Part shown: positions 47,923 to 59,671 of the stretch, in pieces
Position numbering within the stretch: the stretch's first letter is position 1
How the letters are laid out: each line of letters begins with the position of its first letter
From: Basidiobolus meristosporus CBS 931.73
Lineage: Eukaryota; Fungi; Basidiobolomycota
NCBI GenBank assembly: GCA_002104905.1
Contig: MCFE01000184.1
Location: 62,001 to 126,000, forward strand
Direction: 5' to 3'
DNA length: 64,000 nt
Notes under the pieces: generated by a model
What the model was told of the DNA's origin: nothing
Seen by the model: only the letters and a program-made list of their open reading frames with translations
Databases searched by the model: none
Made by a program: the position numbers and the translations under genes

Positions 47923-49732
47923 ATGAGCGAGCGAAGAACCAGAAGAAGACCACGTCAAAACGTCAGGTAATAATGGGGCTCCCCGAAACCCGCTTCTTTA
48001 TCGCCTCGCTTCCGTGTGTTAAACTTCTTCTCCCAAGTGCTGCACATTATGTCGGCTACGTAGAGGACAACGAGTCGGTAGAGGCCATCATGAAGAAATT
48101 CGAAGAGTTGGAGAAGATCCAAAGTGAAATCGCCAAATCGAACGCTCAAAAGGTCGCCACCGAGAGCGAAACGGTGGACACCAATCCAGATGCAGTCGCT
48201 GCAGTAAGCGAAGATGTAGTACCAAGCACCAATGAGAACGGTGCAGAGCAAGGCCTCACCGAAGAACAGCTGGAGGAAGTCTTCAAGCAGACGAGTGTGT
48301 TCACCGTCAGGTCAGCAATTACTAATGAGGATATTGATGCAGTCGATGATTTGGAAATCTGGAGAATGGACATGGCGAATGGAGATACGGCCGAATTTGA
48401 AGAAGAAGAGTAAGTGGTTGCCGACACACTTTGTTGGATAAGAGGGGTTGTTGAATTGTTTGCTGCTTTGCCATCTAGTGACTATCTTGCGGTTGACGAT
48501 GATTTCTGGGATGAGGAGTTCGGCGTTAGCAGGAAAAGAAACCGGAAGACTGGCCTTCCTGGAGAAAGAAGGGGCAGGTTGGACAAGGAGAGCATCTTAC
48601 AGCGGTACAGAATCATGCATGTTAGACTACAGGATCGCAACGGCAACTTCTTCATGGTCAAAAAGAAAGTCAGGTATGTGCAGCATAACCGCAGCTCCTG
48701 ACCGCATCGCTCACAACCATTGTCTGGTGTTCGCTGCAGCGCGATCGACCCCAGTCTGCCCACATACGTCAAGATTCCAGCAGTCCCGATCCCAAGATCT
48801 TGGGTCCATACCATATGCGAGAAAAAGCCAATCGAAGAAAGGATCCCCGGCTCCAGGTAATTCTCCATGAAGCAAGATATGTCTCGAGGCCATACTTAGA
48901 AGCATTCTAGGTATTACGAACAGAACATCACTTCCCTCAACCTGTCCACCCTTGGCAAACAATTCCAGGTGATCTACATGGATCCACCACTCGTCCTGCC
49001 CAACGAGGAGCCCTCCCCAGGGAAGATCACTCTGGAGCAACTGGTAACGTAGGCCTACTTGGTTGATAGCGCACGCACACTAACACTGCCACAGGCCGCA
49101 CTAGAGATCTCCCGGATTGTGCCAGTCGGGTTTCTTTTTGTGTGGATCGAGAAGGAATACCTTCCCGATATCGTGCAGATTGCCGACAAATGGGGCTTCA
49201 AATATGTCGAGAATTTCTGCTGGATCAAGAAAAACATCAACAACCAAATCGCCTGTCAGCCCTCCGCGTATTTTAGGAAATCCAAGTTGTCCTTGCTGAT
49301 CTTCCGAAAGGTAGGCGCTGTCTGTCGCTCGAGTGCGCCACCCGACTGACCCCATTCTAGGAAGGAGATATTGAGCTCCGCCATCAACGCAACCCCGATT
49401 GCGTGTTTGACTTTATCAAGCCTCTACAAGGTACTTACGCTCGAGCTTCTCTGCTTTGTTGTTCGGTTTAGCTGATGCATGGCGCTGTTTGTGTATCCAG
49501 AGGACGAAGTTTCCGAGAGAAAGCCGGAATTCATCTACGATGTCATTGAGACCATGCTGCCCACTGCGCTCTATAGCGAGGAGTACCCCAACGGCGAGAG
49601 AATGCTCGAATTGTAAGTCAGCCCCCCTTTGCCAGCCCGCATGCGCTTTCTAACCAACTAATCGATCCCAGGTGGGCCAAGAAAAACACCAGAAGACAGG
49701 GTTGGACCACGGTGGTGGATCAATCCCCATGA
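47923..49732 (+). CDS. MT-A70 family N6-adenine methyltransferase-like protein with DPPL motif (probably MTA9/AMT6/7-like), multi-exon
   Basis: Spliced reading gives FQVIYMDPPL (48981-48992), GFLFVWIEKE, WGFKYVENFCWIK, KSKLSLLIFRK, ELRHQRNPDCVFDF, RKPEFIYDVIETMLP, RMLELWA; N-terminal HYVGYVEDNESVEAIMKKFEELE segment. Confidence 0.88.
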
Positions 49733-49960
49733 CCTTCGGCTTGGCTGCCCCTCCCATCCCATCCCCTCGACCGCAACATGTTTATCACAGACATCCCATC
49801 CCCACTATTTACCTGTGTATTTTAAACATCTCATTAACCGACATAGACAATGTTTATTTCTTGATATAAATTCCTTTTTGTTGAACATCGACGCTATTGG
49901 CTGGGAAGCACTTGATTTAATTACCAGAGGCTGCATTTGGCCAATCTTGGATTAACCGCA

Positions 49961-50002
49961 CTCAATCCAACTCGACTCAACTCAACTCAACCCAACCCAA
50001 CT
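49961..50002. repeat. Imperfect pentamer microsatellite (CTCAA/CCCAA) immediately upstream of the GNAT ATG
   Basis: ctcaatccaactcgactcaactcaactcaacccaacccaact. Confidence 0.85.
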
Positions 50003-50011
50003 TCCTCCAGA

Positions 50012-50545
50012 ATGCGGTCCTTCGAAATCACCAACGAGAAGGTCAACGCAGACGTCGTCGCCCATCCAGCAGCCTCCCCGGATGCCCCTCAGATAATGGC
50101 TCTCCTGGTAGAAACGGCCAAATGGCTTTTGAGCAAGGGAATTAGCCAGTGGAGCGACCTGATTCAGGGTATCGACAACCGACACCGGATGGCGGAGCGT
50201 ATCGAGGAGGGAAGTGTATTCAAGTTCGTGAAAGGCGACGTGCTGGTTGGTGTGGTAATTATTCTCGAGCAACCGAGTCCTTGGGATATCGAGCTCTGGG
50301 GGGACGCCGGGCACCCTGAATCCCTCTATATCCATAGACTTGCCATCAACAGAGAATACTCAGGCGTGGGCCGGGACATCATGCGTTGGGTGGAGAACGG
50401 CATTGTGTATTCCAACAAGACGAAGCTTCGTTTGGACTGCATGGGCTCCAGCCCTGCGCTCAACAAGTTCTACCAAAGCCTGGGCTACTCCTACCAAGGG
50501 AAAAGCAACACCGGTTACAGTTTGTATGAAAAGAGCATAAAATAA
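50012..50545 (+). CDS. Intronless GNAT acetyltransferase, 177 aa, resembling Bacillales (YesJ-type) GNATs
   Basis: LLVETAKWLLSKGISQW, PSPWDIELWG, LYIHRLAINREYSGVGRDIM (motif A), LRLDC…LNKFYQSLGY (motif B); family resemblance is from memory. Confidence 0.88.
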   Translation: MRSFEITNEKVNADVVAHPAASPDAPQIMALLVETAKWLLSKGISQWSDLIQGIDNRHRMAERIEEGSVFKFVKGDVLVGVVIILEQPSPWDIELWGDAGHPESLYIHRLAINREYSGVGRDIMRWVENGIVYSNKTKLRLDCMGSSPALNKFYQSLGYSYQGKSNTGYSLYEKSIK

Positions 50546-50848
50546 ACTCGATTGATCCGTGGCACGTGATGTCCAAGGAAAGCCATAGATACTGATGGAA
50601 GAGAGAGGACTTTTTTTTCGGCACCAAGTTGCGGATGGTTTTTTTAATGCAGATCGGGGACCAAAATTCCGGCGCTTAAACAACCACTTATTGTCCCCCT
50701 TTTCCCACCTTTCTTGCACTCTGCTGGGAAGATATCACACTCTGTAGTGGTGAATAGTTTCATACAATAATACCAGACGTATCCACTATCCAAGGATTGT
50801 TTTTCGTTCCAATAGTTCTTGGCTTGATTTTGACCATCCATCTGTAAG

Positions 50849-52227
50849 ATGCCTCCCAAGAAAGCCCCCAAAGTTGATAAGAGTGTCCAAAAGGCCAAAC
50901 AAAAGGCCGTGGAAGACAAGACCTTTGGGCTGAAAAATAAAAACAAGTCTTCTAAAGTGAAGAAGAACATTCAGCAGTTGCAAGCCCAAGCAACTTCTAT
51001 CGGTAACAACAAGGCCAAGGTAAGAGTCGCAACCACTCGAACACTAGATTCCCCCGTCCCCTCGATCCGGCCTCCCCGATTGAACCCCTCTCCTCCCTGT
51101 CTTTGCAAACAAACTACTACAGTCCATCTTCTACTCAGACCCGCCTTGCAACCGGTTCACCCTATTAACGCGCTTTATGGTTTCCTTTCATTGTAGAAAG
51201 AGGCTGAGGAAAGGAAGCAGAGTATTTTGAGCAAAAAGGAACTCGAGGCCCAAAAGAAGGCTGAGCTGGCCGAACTCTTCAAGCCTGTTCAGCAGCAAAA
51301 GGTTCCTTTCGGTACTGACCCCAAAACCGTTCTCTGCTCCTTCTTCAAAGCAGGCCAGTGCCAAAAAGGAAAGGGCTGTAAATTCTCGCACGATCTCAAC
51401 ATCGATCGTAAAACCACCAAGAAAGATCTATACACCGATCACAGAGATGATCAAGCCAACGGTACTTATACTTCTACCAACATTGCCCTTGCCCGGCCTA
51501 CTAGACAGTGGCTGACCTTTCTTGCTCCTGAACAGACAACATGGAGGATTGGGATCAGGCTAAACTAGAGGAAGTGGTTACTTCCAAGCATGGAAATCCT
51601 CGTACTACAACAGACATTGTCTGCAAGTTCTTCTTGGAGGCTATCGAAAATCAGAAATACGGTTGGTTCTGGGAGTGTCCCAATGGAGGTAAGCAAGTGT
51701 GTCCACCATTCATCCCCAAGCTAAGTGGACGAGTGAACTAACCATCGGCTGGATCAGGCAATAAATGTAAATATCGTCACGCCCTTCCACCTGGTTTCGT
51801 GTTGAAATCCAAGAAGAAGGAGGAGGAGAAGGAGGAGATCAGTATCGAAGACTTCCTGGAAACGGAGCGCCACAAGCTTGGTAAGAACCTCACTCCGGTT
51901 ACTCTTGAATCGTTCATGGAGTGGAAGAAGAACCGCAAGGCTAAGCAAGAGGCGGAGGCTTCTGAGGCCATCAAGGCCAAGGAAGCCGCCTTCAAGGCCG
52001 GCAAATCCTCGAACATGAGTGGTCGTGAATTGTTCGACTTCAACCCCGACCTCGTCTCCGAAGGCCTCTACGATGACGATGACGGTGTATTTGACTTCTC
52101 TGCCTATCGTGACAAGGAGGTTGATGAGGCAGCCGAAGGAATTAGCAACCTCGATGTCAACAACGAATCCCTATTCGAGCAAGAGAACCTTGACGATCTG
52201 GATGATGATGACGACGATGAGGAGTGA
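50849..52227 (+). CDS. TMA46: CCCH zinc-finger translation machinery-associated protein Tma46/ZC3H15 (multi-exon)
   Basis: [85 protein letters not shown] region. Confidence 0.96.
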
Positions 52228-52510
52228 AGTGCTCTATAAGATATCTTGTCCGCTCTGTACCAATTACACCCTCAATAAACCAAAAATGATATATAATTGC
52301 ATAACACGCCACGCCCCGCGCCCCGCGCTTCTAATGTTTTCTGAGCATATGTATTACAAGTGATGATGTGTGGTAAATGAATAATAATCTACAAGAATAG
52401 CTGGCGCATACTTTGACTAATCTAATATCACGTTTACATCAAGCGCGGCCATCAAGTCCTAGTGCTAATGATACATTGGAGATGCGCTTTGCTTCATGCA
52501 GCGGAGATGT

Positions 52511-55461
52511 CTAGCGCCACTGTGGTTTAGCGCTTCTTCTGACCGTGCCACCACTAGTGCCAGCTGAGGTGGATCCGAACAACTTCCTGGTGGACCCGGT
52601 GGACCCGGTGGACGTTTTCAGAACTCCATTCACGGGAGTGTCGCCGCCGCTGACTCGGCCTCGCACTCTCTGGCCACTCCCCGCCTCATTGATTGGGTGG
52701 AATCCTGCGCGGCTGCGTCTACGTGCACTATTGCTTCTGATGGCACCTGCGCCCCGATTAGCACTGGCTTTGGGGGTGCTGGGCGAAGATCTAGCACTGT
52801 TGGTCCTGGGCTTCAGGCTGGATTTCAATATGCCGGTGGTCTTCTTGAGAGCAGAGGGGAGGGCCGGCGGCTTGACATAAGGTGAGGATTGATCCGAGTC
52901 TCCGTTCATGGCGGACCTGGTGCCTTTCGGATCACTTTTGAATGGAGATGACAAATCCCTCTCGGTGAACGTCACCATGCGAGTTCGTTTGGCAGGACCA
53001 GCCGTTGAGCCATTGCTTGATGTTGAATTGATGCGAACTCGTTTGATGTTTTGTATCTGAGGGGAGCTTGGTACTGGGTTTTGGTTTTCTTTGGCGGGCT
53101 TCACCGCCTTCGCCCTCAGCTTGGCGGGAGAGCGACGTTTCGGCGAGAGGCGTCGCATCAAGATGGCACGAAGAGGGGATTTTCTGGCGGCCGATTTGAC
53201 TGGGGATCGGGCCAGTTTGGTTGGCCGCGTGGACCTGATGGTCAGCTCGTTCAGATCGATGGTCAGGTTATCCGAGTCCATCTTGGATACCTCCGGAATG
53301 CTCAGCATTTCTTTCAGCTCCTCTTCCACTGCGCCGTAGGACGTAGCGATGTCCTTTTTCTTGACCACTTCGGCAAACACCGAGATCTGCGACATGTAGA
53401 TATCGTTCAGATAGGACGTGTCCAATCCTTGGGATTTCACCATCTCAATGCAGTCGCGGAGCCCGGCCAAGCATGTGGCGTTGGTCCTCATAAAGGCGTG
53501 AACGATCTGTGCCTGGCTGCGGCTGGTGCACTGATTCAACACAACCAGCTTCTCCAAGCGAGTTCTCAGAGACTCCAGGTTGCGCGTATCGACATTCTGA
53601 ATATCACCGACCAAGCCTATGTCCTTGAGAGTGTCGGTGGGCAGCTTGGGTGTCGCTCCTTGGAGCAGTCTCTCTATTAGATGGCGATGACGTTTGTTCG
53701 TATCCCATGCGTAATCAAGTCGACGGGCAATAGCGTTCTTATTCTCCTCTGCCGCCTGCAGGGCATCCTGAACCATATTGAGGTAAGACTGCATTGTGGT
53801 GTCATCCTCGCTGGAGGTTATGACGGTCATGTACGTATCGCGCCACGCCTTCAGCCCCTCCAGGCGTTGATGGGTATCCATGAACTGCGCCCAGAGGTTG
53901 CCGATATCGCTCTCGCACTCATTGACTTTTTCGTAATGAATGTTGACCTTCTTCTGGGCTTCTTCTATTTGCTTACGCTGAGCCACAGAGAGCTTGAAGC
54001 CGCTGGGCTGGCTGTTGATCGATGCTTTCGGCTCGCTGTCTTTGACAACCAGCTTCCTCTTGAGCTCCTCCACCTCCGAACGTAGATCCTTGATGATTTT
54101 GACGTACTGCGAGACATGCATGTTGACACTCAGCGTGTTCTTCTCCACGCGATTCTTGATGTTTTTCGCCCGATTGGCGTATTTCAAGGTGTTGTGGGTT
54201 TCGTCGTAATAGAGGCTGGACGGACTCACGCAGACGATCATGACGGTCTTACAATTTCCCCCCAGAGAGAATTTCAAAAGCCGGGTCAACTTGCTGTCAC
54301 GATATGGGATGTGGGCTTTTTTGGTCTCGTCACAGAGGGCGTTGATGCAATTACCAAGGGCTAGAGCATCGGGAACCACGTTAACATCATTGATCGGTTA
54401 AGAAGCACGAGCACGATATAGGCTTACCAAGCAATGATCTATTAATATTGGCTCCCTCCTGGAGGCGTTCTCCCTTATTGGCGGTTACCGAGGCCCGCTC
54501 GCTGCCAGCCAGATCAATCAAACTCAAGGTGGCCATGACGTAGTCGGTGGTGATGTTGGCCGTCCTGGGCCTTTGCTTGATGTGGATCTGCAACACCGCG
54601 TGAGAGCGAGATGAGGTGGCGTTGGCCTCGGTTGGTGAGATGGTACGGTTTCGATTGCCACGAAGGATCATGCTCATCACTTGTTCAACCTAGGGGTCAA
54701 GTTAGTCGTTGACTCGGCGGTGGTGTCATCAAGTGTGGACTTACGTCTCGTGGAAAGTGCTCACTAAGGCCGGACACAACAACTTTCTTGCTCGAATCTT
54801 CGCGTAACGCAAGTGGTGGAGACACCTTTCCCTCTGGGATGAGCAGGTCTCGAATCGTCTCGTTATACACCTCTAGATAAGATAGAGACACCTCGACAGT
54901 CTTTTCGTTCTCTACGGCGCTGATGCGATTGAAGAGCTCTTGCATGGTCAGAAAAATAATCCCTGGGTTTTCTGGAGTGCCGCTGATGGTGTGGGTTTTA
55001 CCGCAGCCAGTAGCCTAGAGATAGCAAAAATGAGAGTGTGCTCTTGATGGAATCCAGATTAATCTACATACACCATAGGCAAACACAGTCGAATTGAACC
55101 CGCCCATAACGTTCTCAATCAAGGATTTACTCGTTCCCTCAAACACGTCCTCCTGGGTAGAATCCTCGTCAAAGACACGATCGAACACAAATCTTGCGTC
55201 CTTGTGGCGTTTGTTGCTGGCTCCGATTTTGTGGGAGGAGCGCATATCCTCGGGTGGATCGAATACGACGACGTGGTCGTCTATAACGTGGACCACCTTC
55301 CGCACGTACTTAGAGGGGGGCTGCTCATTGGATGTCTGGAACGCAGTAGCAAACGGGAATCTGTGATTGTTGCTCGGTGGAAGCAAGGCTATTTCGCGTT
55401 CATTGAATGGGCGAACTCTTACTGCGACCAAGATAGCCGATTCGCTTGAATCTGAAGACAT
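52511..55461 (-). CDS. KIP3: Kinesin-8 motor (Kip3/Klp5/6-like), multi-exon
   Basis: [75 protein letters not shown]. Confidence 0.93.
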
Positions 55462-56240
55462 GATTCAATGGACTATGGAAAGGGATTGGCCTTTGAGCTG
55501 GACAAAGGGTGGATATGGTACCAAAGAGAGCAGAGGAAAACAAAATCACTGAAAGTGGGGAGTCAATATGATGTGGATTGGTAGCGTCAATGCTTGATAG
55601 ATCAACGTGAGCCATCATCGCTGCTAGTTACCAAACGAGAAAATTTCAAAACAAAAACAAATGGGAATTCTACACCAATGATAGTGAGCAACGACCGTTA
55701 ACAAAAGTAAATAAACACATGTGTGCATTGCATGTATTTACGAAGAATTGATTTATGCACTCATCACGATTAGCGAAATGATGTTGCCACATGGCTAAAT
55801 CATCATTAATCGGACTCTTGGAATTAAACCTAATTGTAACCATCATTGCTGCCGATACATGGAGTTGATACTAAATATGGTAGAGTGATGCCATTTTGGA
55901 GTAATTTATACAAAGCCAGGGGTGGGGATTGTTCCATCGTCAAATATGGGAATCCCCAGTAAAAACCCACATTCTGGGCGCCCATCGGATGTATGATTGG
56001 TCAGACCCCATAAAGCGTATTTTCCATCATCATCCTTCTTTTCATATTACCAATTCGAGAATATGAGATGCGAAATGGGTGATTGACTAGATCATCAAAG
56101 ACCCTTTGGAGAAAAGGAAACTCAATCAAGTAACAAACGTTAATTTCCAGCCAATATACCGATTATTATTACTATTATTATTACCAATATACAATGTGAT
56201 GCATTAGAAGTATTTTACAGGGTTACAAGGTGTCACAAAG

Positions 56241-57333
56241 CTATTGCCAATAACTGGGGGGTAAATCGGTGGGTAAATAGTCGGGTAAGTCATTCGTGAT
56301 CGGAAGGTATTTTGGTGGGCGATCAGCCGTGATTTCATTGTAATTGGGCAGAATCTCGGATATAACACAGTCATGGTTGGACTTGGAAATCGGGTCGGGA
56401 GCAATGAATATCGGAAGAGAGGTAATCATACTGGTGCACATCCCGCCCACTTCAAGCTCTATCTTGGCATAGAGCCTGTGGGAGACCTCCACATACTCCG
56501 AGGAGGCATCGAGGTGAAGCCTCTTTGAGATCTTGGGTATGCGAATCTTAATTGTCTGTTCTGTTTCGTCACAGCTGAAGTAGTTGGAGACTGCATGGAC
56601 CGATTTGCGGCTCTCAACCGTGGTGGTGTTGCTAGGGTCGCTGGCGTCAGGGACACGGTAAAGCGTGATCTCGCCGAGAATCACCTCAACCCCGATAATA
56701 TGAACTTGCCGATAAAGTGGAATGTGGTGGAAATGGACGGGTACGACTTTCCCAGGACTCAGGTAATGGTCGGGGATAGATACGTCGTAGGACACGAGAT
56801 CCTTCCAGACACCCTGTGCTTTGGTATTGAACAAATTAAAGGCTACTGGGTTCAGAGTTTTCGAGAGGTGGACCGGCTTTTCTGCCCTGAAATTAAACTG
56901 AAAGATGGAGGTTTCGGCGATGGCACTAAAACCGTATTCTATTTGGGCATTCTCTGCTTCCAGTGATTCGGGGAGACTGCAGGGGAGGGCTAGTTCAAAT
57001 GGGTAGGAGTAGGTTTGGTGGGTGAAGAGGGAGGGGTTTCTGCTTTGGTCTAGAAATGACCAGGCATGGTGGACAAGACTTCTCTGGGTTTTCTGAATAC
57101 CTGGAGACGATTTAGTTGATGTCATGGTGGGGAAGAATCGGCAGTTGTGACTCACCTTTGTATAATGTCAAGTCACCATGGAATTTCAGCTGGATTCGAT
57201 GGATTTTCACAGGCGAAGCGGGCACAAATATCAAATTGCCTTTGATTAGAAAGAAGGAGTTCTCATCGTCATCAGGTCCGGTGAGGAAGTGATCTTGCAT
57301 AAGCTCAATCTGGAAAATCCCTTGGTTGAACAT
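56241..57333 (-). CDS. Alpha-arrestin-like adaptor (arrestin N and C domains, C-terminal PY motifs)
   Basis: KIHRIQLKFHG, YPFELALPCSLPESL, VEVSHRLYAKIE; tail LPNY, PPKY, LPDY, PPSY; intron near 57155. Confidence 0.8.
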
Positions 57334-57671
57334 GGCCGAAGAGTGCCTATGGGTGAATTGGAGGCAAGGCTTATATACACTAAGCGCAGCTTTGCTCCGG
57401 TCAATGAATCCGAGCAAGAATAACCGAGTGTCCAATATGGGCCTGCAATCATGCAACTGAAGTGCCTTAAATGTCTATTTTACCGCTCAAGTTAATTACA
57501 GTTCAGCAGTAATCGACCCGAGGTCAGCACTCAAGGCATGGAATTCGAAACCTGATTTGGGGAATATTTAGCCGAAACAGCCAACCATGATTGTAACTTA
57601 CTCGGTCAATCCTCCGTCTGTGTTACCTCGGTATATGCATGGCACCTTGAATGAGCTGGGGTGACTGATAT

Positions 57672-57732
57672 GAGGAATGGTTGACCGATGGGATGGGATG
57701 GGATGCGATGCGATGCGATGCGAGGAATGGTT
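57672..57732. repeat. Compound pentamer microsatellite (GATGG)3(GATGC)4 flanked by the 11-bp direct repeat GAGGAATGGTT
   Basis: Flanks at 57672-57682 and 57722-57732; repeat core 57687-57723. Confidence 0.9.
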
Positions 57733-58198
57733 AATTGATATCACGTACACAACGAATCATCTGTCCAACTGCAAACACATCAGACCATGGCAACAAATCT
57801 TTCGACTCCCGTATCAACGAATCATGATAACGAATCTTTCGAAATCTATAGCCAACAGGCAGCGAGCCCAGACGACTCAAGCAAGAAAAGATGCATTTGG
57901 ATGGGATTTCCTTCCAATTCCAGAAAATGATGGCAATGGAAGGTCGAAATTTCCCTGAGCTGAGCCATTTCCAGTCACTGAGTCTATATTTTGTAAACTC
58001 TGGGAAAGCTGGAACTTTAAATCGAAGATCAACAAAGGCTAATCTGATATTAACCATATATGGTCAATGTAAATGGCAAGCAGAACATTTGAACAGAATA
58101 TTTGCTGAGATCTAGACGGGATCAGGAATTTTTCGATCAAGCTTGACCGCACGATATAAATTGTACACCAATGCCCTTGCTTGTGAATTCACGTCAGT

Positions 58199-59528
58199 AT
58201 GTCTCTTCCTCTCAAAAATATGATATGGATGGCTCTTGAGCCTATCCTCAAGCTGCTGATCAATGCTGGTAACTACGCGTTTCTTTTTCCTTTGTTTCTT
58301 GCTTATGGATACTTACTCTTATTTTCCAACAGCTGGTGGCTTTGCATTGGCGAGAGCAGGGATTATCACTCCGGCCAGTGCTAGAACTGTATCCAAGATC
58401 ATCGTAAACTTTCTACTGCCTTCGCTGTTGATAGCAAAGCTTGTGCCACACCTTGATCTGTCCGAGATGAAGAACATGGGTGTATCCATTCTTGTTCTCG
58501 TGACGTATATTCTGGTTGGCCTGGTCGGCGGCCTTCTCATGAGGCGTTTCCTTCCCCTCCCTGATGGTTTCAAGGGTGGGTTTGTAGCCATGAATGTGTG
58601 GGGAAACTTCGCCGATCTCCCGCTTGCAGTGTTGATGTCTATTGGAAATAGTCCGCCATTTCTTCCCGGCGAGTCTTCCAAAGGGTCTGCCTACACCGCC
58701 ATGTTCTACGTGGTCTTCAATTTTACCCTCTTCGTCTGCGGTGGTTCAAGCCTTATCGAGAATGATTTCATAAACCCCACCTTGCTCCCAGAGACACAGC
58801 ACGTAACGGAATTGCCGGAGAAAACGGCTGATTATCCTAAAACCGATGCCACCCAGGGTGCTGAACCCCCAACTGCTGTTGACCATCTGGATAGGGTGAT
58901 CAGAATCCATGCCAACGACTCAAGCGCTACTATCGTAGACCCTTCCAAGGGTGCTTCAAAATCTTCAAACAGTGCACAGAAGTGGAAGGCTGGACTGAAG
59001 AAGTTCCTCAAATCTCTCATGTACCCACCTAATCTGGCCACTTTCATTGCTATTGCTATCGCATTGATTTCACCGTTGAAAGATCTCTTTGTCGTCAAGC
59101 CCGGTAGCGACCACCAACCATGCCTTAATTGGGTGCTGGAAAGTATCATCACCATTTCCGGCGGTTACGTTCCCCTTGCGTTTATGAACCTTGGCGCCGC
59201 TTTATCGAAGATCAGTGTCCGCCGTGTACCCAAGGTTGCTGCTATCGCCATCACTATCTTCAAAATGTTTGTGTTCCCATTGATGGGCATTGGATTTTGT
59301 CAGTTGTTGACATATCACACACCATTGATCGACCCGGAGGATCGCGTTTTCCGTTTCCTTCTCATGTTTGGTTCTACTGTACCTTCAGCTACTACGCTTT
59401 TGATTTTGACTCAAGTTTACAATCCCACCGGAAAGTCCAAGGAAATCGCCGGAATTCTGGCTCTTCAGTATATTGTGGGTTTCTTCACCATGGTTATATC
59501 TATGGTTTTCATCCTAAATATGTTATAA
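58199..59528 (+). CDS. Auxin-efflux-carrier / PILS-Ecm3-like membrane transporter
   Basis: About 10 hydrophobic segments; VNFLLPSLLI, GNFADLPL, LGAAL, VPSATT crossover-type motifs; one 5' intron. Confidence 0.85.
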
Positions 59529-59671
59529 TAACGAATGTAAATTGAGATAGACTAATGTAAATTATCAATAATAAAACCTCTTATTCCTTATTTCCTTTGG
59601 ATTTTTATTTCCCCATCAACTCTACCAAAGCATTCGATCAGCAAGTACGCATTATACATGTTCTGGGGTGC

